From NCBI GenBank assembly GCA_027484965.1, contig JAIXRY010000003.1, positions 1-52,022 of the forward strand: a stretch of 52,022 nt of DNA. Reading direction: 5' to 3'. The stretch's first letter is position 1, and each line of letters begins with the position of its first letter. Below, piece after piece: positions 17,246 through 29,195 of the stretch. This stretch comes from a bacterium (lineage in GTDB: Bacteria > Patescibacteriota > Minisyncoccia > Phycocordibacterales > UBA9973). A model generated the notes under the pieces. That model saw only the letters and a program-made list of their open reading frames with translations. It did no database searches and was not told the origin of the DNA. The position numbers were made by a program, and so were the translations under genes.

Positions 17246-18379
17246 CTAGCGTATTTTTGCTTTATAAACTTCAACTGTCTTTTCTTCCAATTTTTTATGA
17301 AGATTATTTACTTCTTCATCAGTCAGAGTCTTTTCTAGTGAGCGGTATGTTATACGATATGCATAACTCTTATTCCCTTCTCCAAACTTTTCAGCATTTT
17401 CATATTCATCAATAAGAGCCATTTCTTCAGCCAGATCACCAATAACATCACGGACCAAATCAAAGTAATCATTTGGAGTAAAATTTGCCTTCTCTACAAT
17501 AAAAGATATGTCACGAATAACTGCAGGATATTTACTAACCTCTTTGAATTTTTGTCCTAGAATAAGTTGCTTTTTGACACGCTCATCATTTGACCAAAGA
17601 AGTCTAATATCTGGGAGCTCCATACTGATAATTGCGAGACGTTCGAGACCAAAACCGAAAGCCCAACCATTATATCCTTCAAGTCCGAAATTTTTTAGAA
17701 CATCTTTGCGAGGCATTCCTCCACCCATAATCTCAACCCATTTTCCATCAAGCTCAACTTCAATCTGAAGTGATGGGTCTGTATAAGGGAATGTATCATC
17801 TAAGAAACGATATTTCGTTTCTTTTCCAAAAAGTCCTTCCACTATTTCTACAAGAGCTTCTCTCAAATCATCAAGAGTAAGAACTTTTTCAATATCTGGC
17901 ACTAAATATAATCCTCCCATTTGATGGAAGATATTCATATGCTTACGATCAATTTCATCTTTACGATAAACCTTTCCATAACAGATAACACCAAGTGATT
18001 CATTATTTTTTATACGTTCTTGTATATCTCTCTGTCCTAAGTAGTAGTACCACATCACAGTATCGTGAGTTCTAAGAATGTTTTCTTCATCTACATAATA
18101 TGTATCTGATTTACTACGCGCTACATGATCCGGTGCAAAATTAAACAAATCAAAAGAAACTGAAGCAGAAACTATTTCAGGGATTATAATATTATCAAAA
18201 CTTTTCAATATATTTATGCTTTTAGTTTTTTCTACAAGAGAAAATAGAGGGCTTGATTCGGTGCGAGAAAGATCGGACATCGCCAAATATCTTTTTATTC
18301 TGTCTGATTCAGCATCATTTCTTTCTTCAAAATCCTTCAAAATAAGGTCTTGCTTTGTTGTATCTATTCTTATTTCCAT
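17246..18379 (-). CDS. pheS: Single-chain (mitochondrial-type) phenylalanyl-tRNA synthetase: catalytic domain plus FDX-ACB domain
   Basis: NILRTH, GKVYRKDEIDRKH..IFHQM, FPYTDPS, GWAFGFGLERLA, DIRLLWS, then SKYPAVIRDISF...YRSLEKTLTDEEVN. Confidence 0.9.
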   Translation of the reverse strand: MEIRIDTTKQDLILKDFEERNDAESDRIKRYLAMSDLSRTESSPLFSLVEKTKSINILKSFDNIIIPEIVSASVSFDLFNFAPDHVARSKSDTYYVDEENILRTHDTVMWYYYLGQRDIQERIKNNESLGVICYGKVYRKDEIDRKHMNIFHQMGGLYLVPDIEKVLTLDDLREALVEIVEGLFGKETKYRFLDDTFPYTDPSLQIEVELDGKWVEIMGGGMPRKDVLKNFGLEGYNGWAFGFGLERLAIISMELPDIRLLWSNDERVKKQLILGQKFKEVSKYPAVIRDISFIVEKANFTPNDYFDLVRDVIGDLAEEMALIDEYENAEKFGEGNKSYAYRITYRSLEKTLTDEEVNNLHKKLEEKTVEVYKAKIR

Positions 18380-18443
18380 AAAGCTATTATATCAAAAAAT
18401 ACCCTTTTTACCAGAAAATATTCTTCGGTGCTATAATTAAAAA

Positions 18444-18536
18444 ATGAACACAAAAACACTTATTTTCTTTATACTTTTATTTATTTTTTTAGGTTTTGTA
18501 ACTGGATTAATTGACAATAAAATTATTAATTTTTAA
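18444..18536 (+). CDS. Putative 30-aa single-TM peptide MNTKTLIFFILLFIFLGFVTGLIDNKIINF
   Basis: TGcTATAAT (hexamer 18432-18437) 6 nt before the ATG; hydrophobic core; fills the intergenic gap. Confidence 0.45.
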   Translation: MNTKTLIFFILLFIFLGFVTGLIDNKIINF

Positions 18537-21504
18537 ATAATTTACTTCTTTTACAATATTCACATTCATCTCCTTTTCCATATGATTTAAAGTGACATTC
18601 ATTTTCTACCCACTCTCCAGAAGAAAGTGAGTCATTATATTCTTTAATATCGTTTTTTAATAAGTCTATTTTTTCTTGGTCAATGAAAGTTGAATATACT
18701 TTATTTTTATCATCACTATCTGCTTCCAAGAAAAGCAGTCTTGATTGAGAGACTATAGCCCCCTTATCACTTCCTTGTATTAAGTACGAATACATTGCAA
18801 GCTGTCTCATAAGATCAGAAAGTCTTCCATCTTCATCAATCTTCTCTATAGAACTCGAGGTCTTCGACTTGCCTGTTTTGAAATCACTGACAACAATATC
18901 ACCATTAGAAAGTCTTTCTGTTAGGTCTATTTTTCCATACATAGTGAGCAATGGATAATCTTTGTCTTTAATAGTTAAAGAACGTTCGGTCTTAAAATCT
19001 TCTGAAAGATTTTTATAGTAATCTTTTATCCAAGAATTGACCGCCTCAAAGGCATCTTTTTCTAATTTTTTGAAAGAACTGTTTTCTTCACCTCCTTCTT
19101 TCAAAAGTTCAAATTTTATTTTTTCTTTTATTTCTTTATCTGTTGGGAGTGATTTTGATTTTAGAATAAATTCGATTGTCGAATGAACAGCACTACCGAG
19201 AGCAAGGCTTGTTGTTTTTATTTCTGGTAATTTTAGAAAATTTCTAAAATACCATTTCCAAGGACATTCGAAGAAATTATTCAGCATTGTTACAGAAACT
19301 TTTATATCTGTATAATTATTTTTTACTAATTCAACAATATCCAAAACTCCTTTTGAAATTTCTCTATTTTCATTTTGGGTATATATATTTATACCTTCGT
19401 CTTTTATAATTTCTTCAGTTTCTTCTCTTGAGTTTTTTATAAAATTAACAGATGGAATATCTTTTATAATATGTGCAAGTTCGAGATCGTTTCCTGTATA
19501 CCCTTCACTTGCATAAGAAATAGTACAAAATTCTTTTGCACGCGTAATAGCAACATAAAGCTCTCTCTTAGCACTTTCAATGTCTCGAGTCTGCATATGC
19601 TCTTTTATTTTTTCTGGAAGAGTGAAGCCTCCTTTCTTTTCTGACATAAGAACCTCTTCATTCATATGAGCGATCCATACATGGGAATATTCAAGACCTT
19701 TTGACTTGTGGAGTGTCATCACTTCTATTCCTTCGTTTTTACCGAAAGTTGCAAGTTCTATATGGGTACCATAAGAATCAAGTCTATTTATATACTCAAT
19801 AAAATCAACAATACTTGCCTTCTTATGTTTTTCTTCAAACATAGTTGCGAGATGTATAAAACTTCTCACTACTTCAACATTTTTCAAAAGTTCTTCTGTA
19901 TTATTTGACCTATCAACAAAAATCTTATTTCCAACAACACTCACTATATAAGTAATTTTTTCATCAGAAAGAGTATTCACAAAATCTTTTAAAACATTTC
20001 CCCAATCAGATATATCTTTAAACATGGGAAACATGGAGTGCGAATCTGAAGCTCCTATTAAATTTTCTATAAAAATTTCTTTTCCTTTTTGATTTCTCAA
20101 AAAAGTGTGGGCTTCTAAAGTATTTATATTACTCTCACTATCGAGGAGTGATTGTGCAATAAGAATACTATTATTAGGATTTGCAATTATTCCCAAAATT
20201 CTCAAAAATACATCTGTTTGTTTCTGAGAGAAAAGTGAAATACTCTTCCCTGAAGATATAGGTAAGCCTAAGGAAGCAAGCGTTGTTATAGCACTTCTCA
20301 CATGATAGTTCTTAGGAATAAGAATTGCACACTCTTTTGGATTAACACCTTTATCTATCAATTTTTTGAAATAAACACCAGCTCCTAATATTTCATCACG
20401 AGGATATACATACTCATTTAAAGATACAAGAGTTTCACCTTTTTTATTACTGTTTAATTTATCTTTTGTAATAGAACTAGAAAGTAAAGTATCAGCAAGA
20501 GAAAGTATTGGCGCAGTTGAACGATAATTTTCTTTTAAGGTTATCAATTTTGCTTTACCGAACATATGTGCAAATTCTTCAAAATAGGACAGTGAAGCAC
20601 CAGAAAATCCGTATATTAGCTGCCTGTCATCTCCTACAACAAAAATATTTGGTTGTTCAACATCACTCCAAACAGCCTTAAGAAAACTGTTTTGCACATT
20701 ACTTGAGTCTTGATGTTCATCTACAAGAATGTATAAATAATTCTCTCTTATATCATCTCTTACGTCATCGAACTTTTCTGCCAAATCAACAACATATTCA
20801 AGAACATCGTCATAATCCATTAGACACTCTTCTTTCTTTTTTTGTTCGTATAATTTATAAAATTCTACAACTTCTTTTGTACGAGAAAGTGATTCAATCT
20901 TTTTTATGATTTCTTTTTTGAGATTACCTTTTGATTCTCCGCGACTAGATATACTGTCTGGATCTTTTTCTAATTTTACAATTTCACTTTCTACTTCTTC
21001 CAAAAATATTGCAGGTGTAATTCTCTCTCTTTTTAAAATTGAGACTAGCTGATTTATTTCTTTGAAATAAAGAGATGGGTCAGTACGGGGTCTTAAATAT
21101 TCAAAATCATTAGTATGTAAAATATCATCAATTAGAAAGACTTTCTCATCATCAGATAAAAGTGATGGCATTTTTTTGAAATCTAACAATTCATAATATT
21201 TTTCAACCATCGAAATGGCAAAACTATGAAATGTAGAAATCTTAACCTTATAGGCTTCTGTACCTATATAAGACTCAAGACGTGTTCTCATAGCTTCAAC
21301 TCCAGAGTTTGTAAAGGTAAGACACAATATATCTTCTGGTTTAGAGTCTGTATTTTTTAGGATATACGCAATACGAAGAGCGAGTACCTGTGTCTTTCCT
21401 GTTCCAGGACCAGCAACAACCATTACAGGGCCGTCTATAGTCTGTACAGCCTTTTTTTGGTCTATATTGAGGTCTTTATACTTTTCTTCAAATAGTTCAA
21501 ACAT
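18526..21504 (-). CDS. UvrD/PcrA-type SF1 helicase fused to a PD-(D/E)XK (RecB-like) nuclease
   Basis: AGPGTGKT, VDEHQD, VGDDRQ, ENYRS, TLHKSKGLEY, YVAITRAK; C-terminal GKIDL, SDFKTG, QLAMY and four Cys. Confidence 0.92.
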   Translation of the reverse strand: MFELFEEKYKDLNIDQKKAVQTIDGPVMVVAGPGTGKTQVLALRIAYILKNTDSKPEDILCLTFTNSGVEAMRTRLESYIGTEAYKVKISTFHSFAISMVEKYYELLDFKKMPSLLSDDEKVFLIDDILHTNDFEYLRPRTDPSLYFKEINQLVSILKRERITPAIFLEEVESEIVKLEKDPDSISSRGESKGNLKKEIIKKIESLSRTKEVVEFYKLYEQKKKEECLMDYDDVLEYVVDLAEKFDDVRDDIRENYLYILVDEHQDSSNVQNSFLKAVWSDVEQPNIFVVGDDRQLIYGFSGASLSYFEEFAHMFGKAKLITLKENYRSTAPILSLADTLLSSSITKDKLNSNKKGETLVSLNEYVYPRDEILGAGVYFKKLIDKGVNPKECAILIPKNYHVRSAITTLASLGLPISSGKSISLFSQKQTDVFLRILGIIANPNNSILIAQSLLDSESNINTLEAHTFLRNQKGKEIFIENLIGASDSHSMFPMFKDISDWGNVLKDFVNTLSDEKITYIVSVVGNKIFVDRSNNTEELLKNVEVVRSFIHLATMFEEKHKKASIVDFIEYINRLDSYGTHIELATFGKNEGIEVMTLHKSKGLEYSHVWIAHMNEEVLMSEKKGGFTLPEKIKEHMQTRDIESAKRELYVAITRAKEFCTISYASEGYTGNDLELAHIIKDIPSVNFIKNSREETEEIIKDEGINIYTQNENREISKGVLDIVELVKNNYTDIKVSVTMLNNFFECPWKWYFRNFLKLPEIKTTSLALGSAVHSTIEFILKSKSLPTDKEIKEKIKFELLKEGGEENSSFKKLEKDAFEAVNSWIKDYYKNLSEDFKTERSLTIKDKDYPLLTMYGKIDLTERLSNGDIVVSDFKTGKSKTSSSIEKIDEDGRLSDLMRQLAMYSYLIQGSDKGAIVSQSRLLFLEADSDDKNKVYSTFIDQEKIDLLKNDIKEYNDSLSSGEWVENECHFKSYGKGDECEYCKRSKLFKN

Positions 21505-21598
21505 AATTTTATTATACCAATTTTACCTATATATTATTTTATTGACTTTTTTTAAAAAAATAGTAATATTGTAAATGGACATTTAAAATAAAATAACA

Positions 21599-21982
21599 AT
21601 GAATGAAAAAAGACGAAGAACTGCAGAAACACACGCTATTCAACAAACTGGAATCGAGAAGATAGATAACTATCTTAAAGAAATGCATAATCTAAAAAAT
21701 ATGCCAGAACAAATTTCACAAGAAGATAATGTTTATATAAACAAAATATTCAGTGAAAAACAACTAACAATCGAGGATTACCAGATTAGAGGACTTAAGT
21801 GCCAGAGATTAAAACTTTCAAAAGAAGAAAGGGTGTTTGCGATTAATTCAGTTTTAAGAGGTTATAAGAAAGTTGAACAGATTACCGAAGAGACTGAACC
21901 TGACAAAGAAATGGTCAAATCTTCAGGTAGAGGTGATAACTGGCTGAAAAACCAACGAGTGTCAGCAGCTCAAACAACCTAA
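21599..21982 (+). CDS. Hypothetical protein
   Basis: 127-aa ORF with TTGACT...TAATAT upstream and a terminator downstream. Confidence 0.6.
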   Translation: MNEKRRRTAETHAIQQTGIEKIDNYLKEMHNLKNMPEQISQEDNVYINKIFSEKQLTIEDYQIRGLKCQRLKLSKEERVFAINSVLRGYKKVEQITEETEPDKEMVKSSGRGDNWLKNQRVSAAQTT

Positions 21983-21983
21983 C

Positions 21984-22012
21984 AAAAACCCCGCATTACT
22001 GCGGGGATTTAT
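21984..22012. terminator. Bidirectional terminator
   Basis: CCCCGCA-TTAC-TGCGGGG with flanking A and T tracts between convergent genes. Confidence 0.7.
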
Positions 22013-22013
22013 T

Positions 22014-22532
22014 TTACATATGAGGATTTTCTGTTGGAGATTTTTCTTCTGAAGGAGATTCAGGTTCATGACAATCGCATCCGCAAGAAGAATTACACAC
22101 ACCATCTTCACAAGGACAAGTCCCTTCACAACTTCCATTTTTACATGCACATCCAAGAGCATATTTACCAGGACCAGAAAACACTATGCCGAGAGTGAGG
22201 GCGAGTATTGCAAGATCAAGTTCTGCTTTTTGAAAAGGAGAACCTAATTTTGTTGTAAAAATAGCAACAATCATAATAATGGCAAGTAAAGTACCAAAAA
22301 CACCAGTCCAAAGACCAAGAAGCATCATCGTACCACCGATTACTTCAAGAAGTGCAACAACCCATGCCATAGTAGATGCCATTGGAATACCAATAGAAGC
22401 AAAGAAACTTGCAGTTTGGTCTATTGCACCCAATTTCATAACGCCGTGAGTTATAAAAATAGCAGCAATAACAATACGCATAACCAGAAGTCCTAATGAA
22501 GGATTTTTACAACACCAATTTTTACAGTTCAT
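22014..22532 (-). CDS. DoxX family membrane protein with Cys-rich termini
   Basis: LLVMRI...FITHG.MKL, EVIGG..LLGLWT, GPGKYAL; tail CACKNGSCEGTCPCEDGVCNSSCGCDCH. Confidence 0.88.
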   Translation of the reverse strand: MNCKNWCCKNPSLGLLVMRIVIAAIFITHGVMKLGAIDQTASFFASIGIPMASTMAWVVALLEVIGGTMMLLGLWTGVFGTLLAIIMIVAIFTTKLGSPFQKAELDLAILALTLGIVFSGPGKYALGCACKNGSCEGTCPCEDGVCNSSCGCDCHEPESPSEEKSPTENPHM

Positions 22533-22589
22533 AACAATCAATAAATTTAATTTTAATAATATAAAAATTATACCATACTAGACAGTGTT

Positions 22590-22850
22590 CTAAGAATTAT
22601 CTTTTCCCCATTGCCATTTTGGCTTCTCCCCTTTTTTATAACAGATAAATACAAAAGTTCCAGTTGAAATAAGAACAACTAGAGACCAAATAATTAAATC
22701 AATTATTGTATTTATTAAAAAATACTGAATTAAATTCCAAAAGAAAAATAAATACACAAAATAGATTAAAAGTACAAGCCATCCTTCTCTTGTTGAAGGA
22801 GTCCAACCCCACCCGTAAGATTTTCTCTTAAACCAAATTTTATTTTCCAT
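22590..22850 (-). CDS. Small 2-TM membrane protein
   Basis: WFKRKSYGWGWTPSTREGW...KGEKPKWQWG pattern with two TM helices. Confidence 0.8.
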   Translation of the reverse strand: MENKIWFKRKSYGWGWTPSTREGWLVLLIYFVYLFFFWNLIQYFLINTIIDLIIWSLVVLISTGTFVFICYKKGEKPKWQWGKDNS

Positions 22851-22888
22851 ATATATTATTATAATATAAAAAATCCTCCGAAGAGGAT

Positions 22889-23641
22889 TTAGAGTGGTTT
22901 TTTGTGTAAAGAAATAATTTTACACAAATGAAGTACAACTAGGACCATGTATGCTAAATCAATTTCAAACCATCTTTTTCCAAAATTTGGACTATTTGGA
23001 AACTTATGGTGATTATTTTGATTTGTCTCACCCAACATAAACCAACCTATTGGCTGATAAACATTTTTTGAACTGTCAGGTGTAGCGAAATTTCTATATC
23101 CAGTCTTATGACCAAACCAATTCACAATAGCGCCTTGAATTGGACCATTTAAAAGTGTTATTGGTAAGAAAAACCAACACCACCAAACTGGAGCAAAAAA
23201 GTAATAGAAGGATACAAACAATCCACCCATAAAAAGTATTGTGAGTATATTGTCTGCAAACTTCTCAAAAGAAAGCCATCTAACATGCTTTATGCTTGCA
23301 TACTCTTCACACAATCTATGTTTACCTTCTCTAATCTGAACAAATTGTTTTTTGGTATCCCACATCATCAAAAAAATATTTTTAAAATTAAGTGGTGAAT
23401 GAGAATCGAGACTGGTGTCACTGTGCTTATGATGATTCAAATGAAAAACAGCATAAGCGTAAGGATTTAAAAACGCAGGTCCTTGAACAAGAAATGTGAC
23501 AACAAAAAAGATTCTCTCAACAAATAAGTTCATGGAGAATTGTTTATGAGTAGCATAACGATGTAAAAAAACGCTATGAAAAAATAGAGAGATAGTCGGG
23601 TGTGCTATAAGCACAACAAAAACGAAGGTTTGTACATTCAT
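22889..23641 (-). CDS. Membrane-bound acyl-CoA/fatty-acid (delta-9-like) desaturase
   Basis: Three His boxes HRYATH, HLNHHKHSD and QNNHH, plus VNWFGH..GYRNF. Confidence 0.9.
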   Translation of the reverse strand: MNVQTFVFVVLIAHPTISLFFHSVFLHRYATHKQFSMNLFVERIFFVVTFLVQGPAFLNPYAYAVFHLNHHKHSDTSLDSHSPLNFKNIFLMMWDTKKQFVQIREGKHRLCEEYASIKHVRWLSFEKFADNILTILFMGGLFVSFYYFFAPVWWCWFFLPITLLNGPIQGAIVNWFGHKTGYRNFATPDSSKNVYQPIGWFMLGETNQNNHHKFPNSPNFGKRWFEIDLAYMVLVVLHLCKIISLHKKPL

Positions 23642-23692
23642 AATATTTAGTTTTTAGATTATTTGTATATTAGTATAACAAATAATGAAAAA

Positions 23693-24286
23693 CTAAAGAA
23701 TATCGAATTCTTCAAAAACAGATTGATACAAACCTTTTACTCTGTAGGCTTCTTTTTGATCAAGAGTGAATTCTAGACCATCATGAGCAATTCTATTTCT
23801 AATATAGTTAGCCTCTCTAGCAAATTTTGCAGTTCTAAAATCACTCGGTTCAACATTTTTTAATTTTTCTCCTGTAGTATCACCTTTTATTTTCATTGGA
23901 GCTACCAATTTTTCGAGTATTGTATTGGACTCAATAATTGCCAATCTCCAATCACTTTGTTTTGGAGAATCGAAAAGATCGCAAACATGTAGCCATTGAG
24001 AATTTTTGATTGGATTTTGTTCTTCTTGTTTTTTGATAAATTCGTTTTCTTTTGCTTGAGCTTCTATTTCTTGTTTCATCTCATATAACCTTATCCATGT
24101 ATAGAACAAAATAACAAAAAGAATTAAGACAACAAAAGCTGAAATTACCTTGAGTGTACCTACAAGTTCATTAAATTGAACCCCATTCAAAAACGAAAAG
24201 AAGTGCGAAAAGAAATTATATATTCTCGAGAATACATAATCTAGAGATAAGTATGTTGGTTCAAATTGTGGTACAGGTACTTGCAT
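23693..24286 (-). CDS. Conserved-looking hypothetical single-TM protein
   Basis: WRLAIIE...GDTTGEKLK...RNRIAHDG pattern; ATG 24286 preferred. Confidence 0.75.
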   Translation of the reverse strand: MQVPVPQFEPTYLSLDYVFSRIYNFFSHFFSFLNGVQFNELVGTLKVISAFVVLILFVILFYTWIRLYEMKQEIEAQAKENEFIKKQEEQNPIKNSQWLHVCDLFDSPKQSDWRLAIIESNTILEKLVAPMKIKGDTTGEKLKNVEPSDFRTAKFAREANYIRNRIAHDGLEFTLDQKEAYRVKGLYQSVFEEFDIL

Positions 24287-24290
24287 ACTA

Positions 24291-25703
24291 CTATTGTACG
24301 TTTTCTTCGAACTTTTTTGCAACCTCAAAAAGTAGATTCTCTCCAAACATTGGCCCCATGAATTGAATACTGTGTTTTAGATTATTATTTGCGTCACCTG
24401 AAGGAATTGATATTGCAGGAATTCCAGCAATATTTGCAGGTACAGTAAATAGATCTGAGAGTTTCATTGCTATTGGATCATTAGTCTTAGCTCCAATTGA
24501 GAAAGCGAGGAATGGTGATGTTGGTGTTGCAATGACATCAACCGTTTCAAATATGTTTTTATATTCTTTTTGGATTGCTTTTTGAAGAGAAAGTGCTTTT
24601 CCATAGTATGCCTCATAATACCCATGAGAAAGAATATATGTTCCTAAAAGAATTCTTCTTTTCACTTCTTTTCCAAAACCAGATTCACGTGTTTTTTCGT
24701 ATTGGTTTTTTAGATTATTTGAAGGTAAAGACATTCCAAAACGAATACTATCATAGCGAGAAAGATTAGAAGAAGCTTCGGCTGGCATGAGAATATAATA
24801 CACAGCGAGAGCATAAGGTGATAAAGGCAAATCAATATCTACAATTTCATATCCGAGAGATTTTAAAGTTTCGATTGATTTATCAAAGTTTTCTTTAACA
24901 GAATCTTCAATACCCTCACCTGTTACCCAAGATTTTGGTACACCAATTTTCTTTACTTCTTTTTTATTTTCAGTTCTTAAATTTTCAGGAATAGAAGTTG
25001 CATCATTTTTATCGTACTTATTTATAAAATTAAAAAGTGTTTCTGCATCTGCAACATTTTTTGTTATTGGACCAATCTGATCAAGTGATGATGCCATCGC
25101 CATAAGACCATAACGTGACACTGTTCCATATGTAGGCTTCATTCCAACAAGTCCACAGAATGCTGCTGGCTGTCTAATAGATCCTCCAGTATCAGATCCA
25201 AGAGACAGTAATGTACCTCCCATTGAAAGAGAAGCAACAGCTCCACCAGAAGAGCCACCTGGAACCATTTCTTCATTCAAAGGATTTTTAGTAATTCCAT
25301 AAAAACTTGTTTCTGTAGAAGAACCCATAGCAAATTCGTCCATATTTGTTCTACCAAGGAAAATTGCGCCAGCATTTTTTAAAAGATCTACAACTGTTGC
25401 GTTGTATGTCGCTGTATAATTTTCGAGAATCTTTGAACCAGACGATGCTTTATGTCCCAAGAAAAGCATATTATCTTTTAGAGATATAGGTATACCTGTC
25501 ATAATAGTTTCTCTTCCTTCTTCGAACATTTTCTCAGCATTTTTTACTTGTTCATCAATATCAGAATAAACTTCTATATATGCATTGATTGAAGAATTTT
25601 TCTCTTCAATATTTTTTAAGAAAGAATCAACAAGAGCACGAATAGATAGTTCGCCAGATTTTATTTTTTCATGAGTTTCTTTTATTGTATTTGGAATTGT
25701 CAT
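24291..25703 (-). CDS. gatA: Asp/Glu-tRNA amidotransferase subunit A
   Basis: TNMDEFAMGSS, PGGSSGG, GSDTGGSIRQPA and EVKRRILLG motifs. Confidence 0.96.
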   Translation of the reverse strand: MTIPNTIKETHEKIKSGELSIRALVDSFLKNIEEKNSSINAYIEVYSDIDEQVKNAEKMFEEGRETIMTGIPISLKDNMLFLGHKASSGSKILENYTATYNATVVDLLKNAGAIFLGRTNMDEFAMGSSTETSFYGITKNPLNEEMVPGGSSGGAVASLSMGGTLLSLGSDTGGSIRQPAAFCGLVGMKPTYGTVSRYGLMAMASSLDQIGPITKNVADAETLFNFINKYDKNDATSIPENLRTENKKEVKKIGVPKSWVTGEGIEDSVKENFDKSIETLKSLGYEIVDIDLPLSPYALAVYYILMPAEASSNLSRYDSIRFGMSLPSNNLKNQYEKTRESGFGKEVKRRILLGTYILSHGYYEAYYGKALSLQKAIQKEYKNIFETVDVIATPTSPFLAFSIGAKTNDPIAMKLSDLFTVPANIAGIPAISIPSGDANNNLKHSIQFMGPMFGENLLFEVAKKFEENVQ

Positions 25704-25706
25704 AGA

Positions 25707-25985
25707 TTATAGAATTTTAGGAACCTTAAAATAATTATCTTGTTTATTTGGAGCTTCAGCTAAAAGTACGTCAGTATAAAAACCTGTCTCTATTGGATCT
25801 GTATCTTCTCTAAAATTATTATTAAGTAAAGACTTCTCTGTACCAACATCTCCAATAGGAGCATTTTTAATTTGATCTACATAAGAAAGAACTTGTGCCA
25901 AATCTTTTGCAACACTCTCTGCTTCTTGATCTGTAATACTAATTTTACTTAAATTTGCTAGGTTTTTTACTGTTTCGATATCCAT
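25707..25985 (-). CDS. gatC: Asp/Glu-tRNA amidotransferase subunit C
   Basis: LANLSKI...FRED...YFKVPKIL; directly upstream of gatA. Confidence 0.92.
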   Translation of the reverse strand: MDIETVKNLANLSKISITDQEAESVAKDLAQVLSYVDQIKNAPIGDVGTEKSLLNNNFREDTDPIETGFYTDVLLAEAPNKQDNYFKVPKIL

Positions 25986-26018
25986 ATATATGTATTATAG
26001 CAAAAAATAAGTTTTTTG

Positions 26019-28550
<2,532 letters not shown>

Positions 28551-28567
<17 letters not shown>

Positions 28568-29192
28568 ATAGTGTTTCAGTAAAAATTTTTGTTTTGTTAG
28601 ATGTTCCGTTTTTCCAGGTAATTGTAGCCACAACGACAAGACTATTACTACCGTCAGGATTATTATATAAAACTATTTTTCTCCTAAAAGAAGTTTTTTC
28701 TATTGCATCAATAAGAGCTAGCGGTTCAATACCATAATAATCCACATTAGATGTTGTGTCTCTGTAAACATTTATATTAGTACATGCAGGAAGTCCATCG
28801 TCGTCATAACCAGAACACCCATAAACTGATTTTGTAAATGCGTCTATTTCGCATCCTAGGCTTTCATTAAAACATACATCATACTTTGATATAAAACCAG
28901 CCCAATCAGTAGAGCCTCTTTGATTAAATTTTTGAAAGATAATACTATCACGATCGTTTCTAATAATATCTACAGCTTCTTGAGCAAGATATGTTGCAAT
29001 AACATCATTTTTTGAATATTGCCCAGAATTTGTAGTTGTACCTGAAAGCGCAAACAGTGCTGTGATAGACATGCTAAAAATAAATATAGCTATCAATGTT
29101 TCAACAAGAGTAAATCCTTGTCCACCAAAATTATGATACCTTGTAGAGGAATTTGAATATGTATATTTATTTTTAAAATTTAAAAATTTCAT
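28551..29192 (-). CDS. PilV-like minor pilin
   Basis: G|FTLVETLIAI and ATYLAQEAVD. Confidence 0.88.
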
Positions 29193-29195
29193 ATT

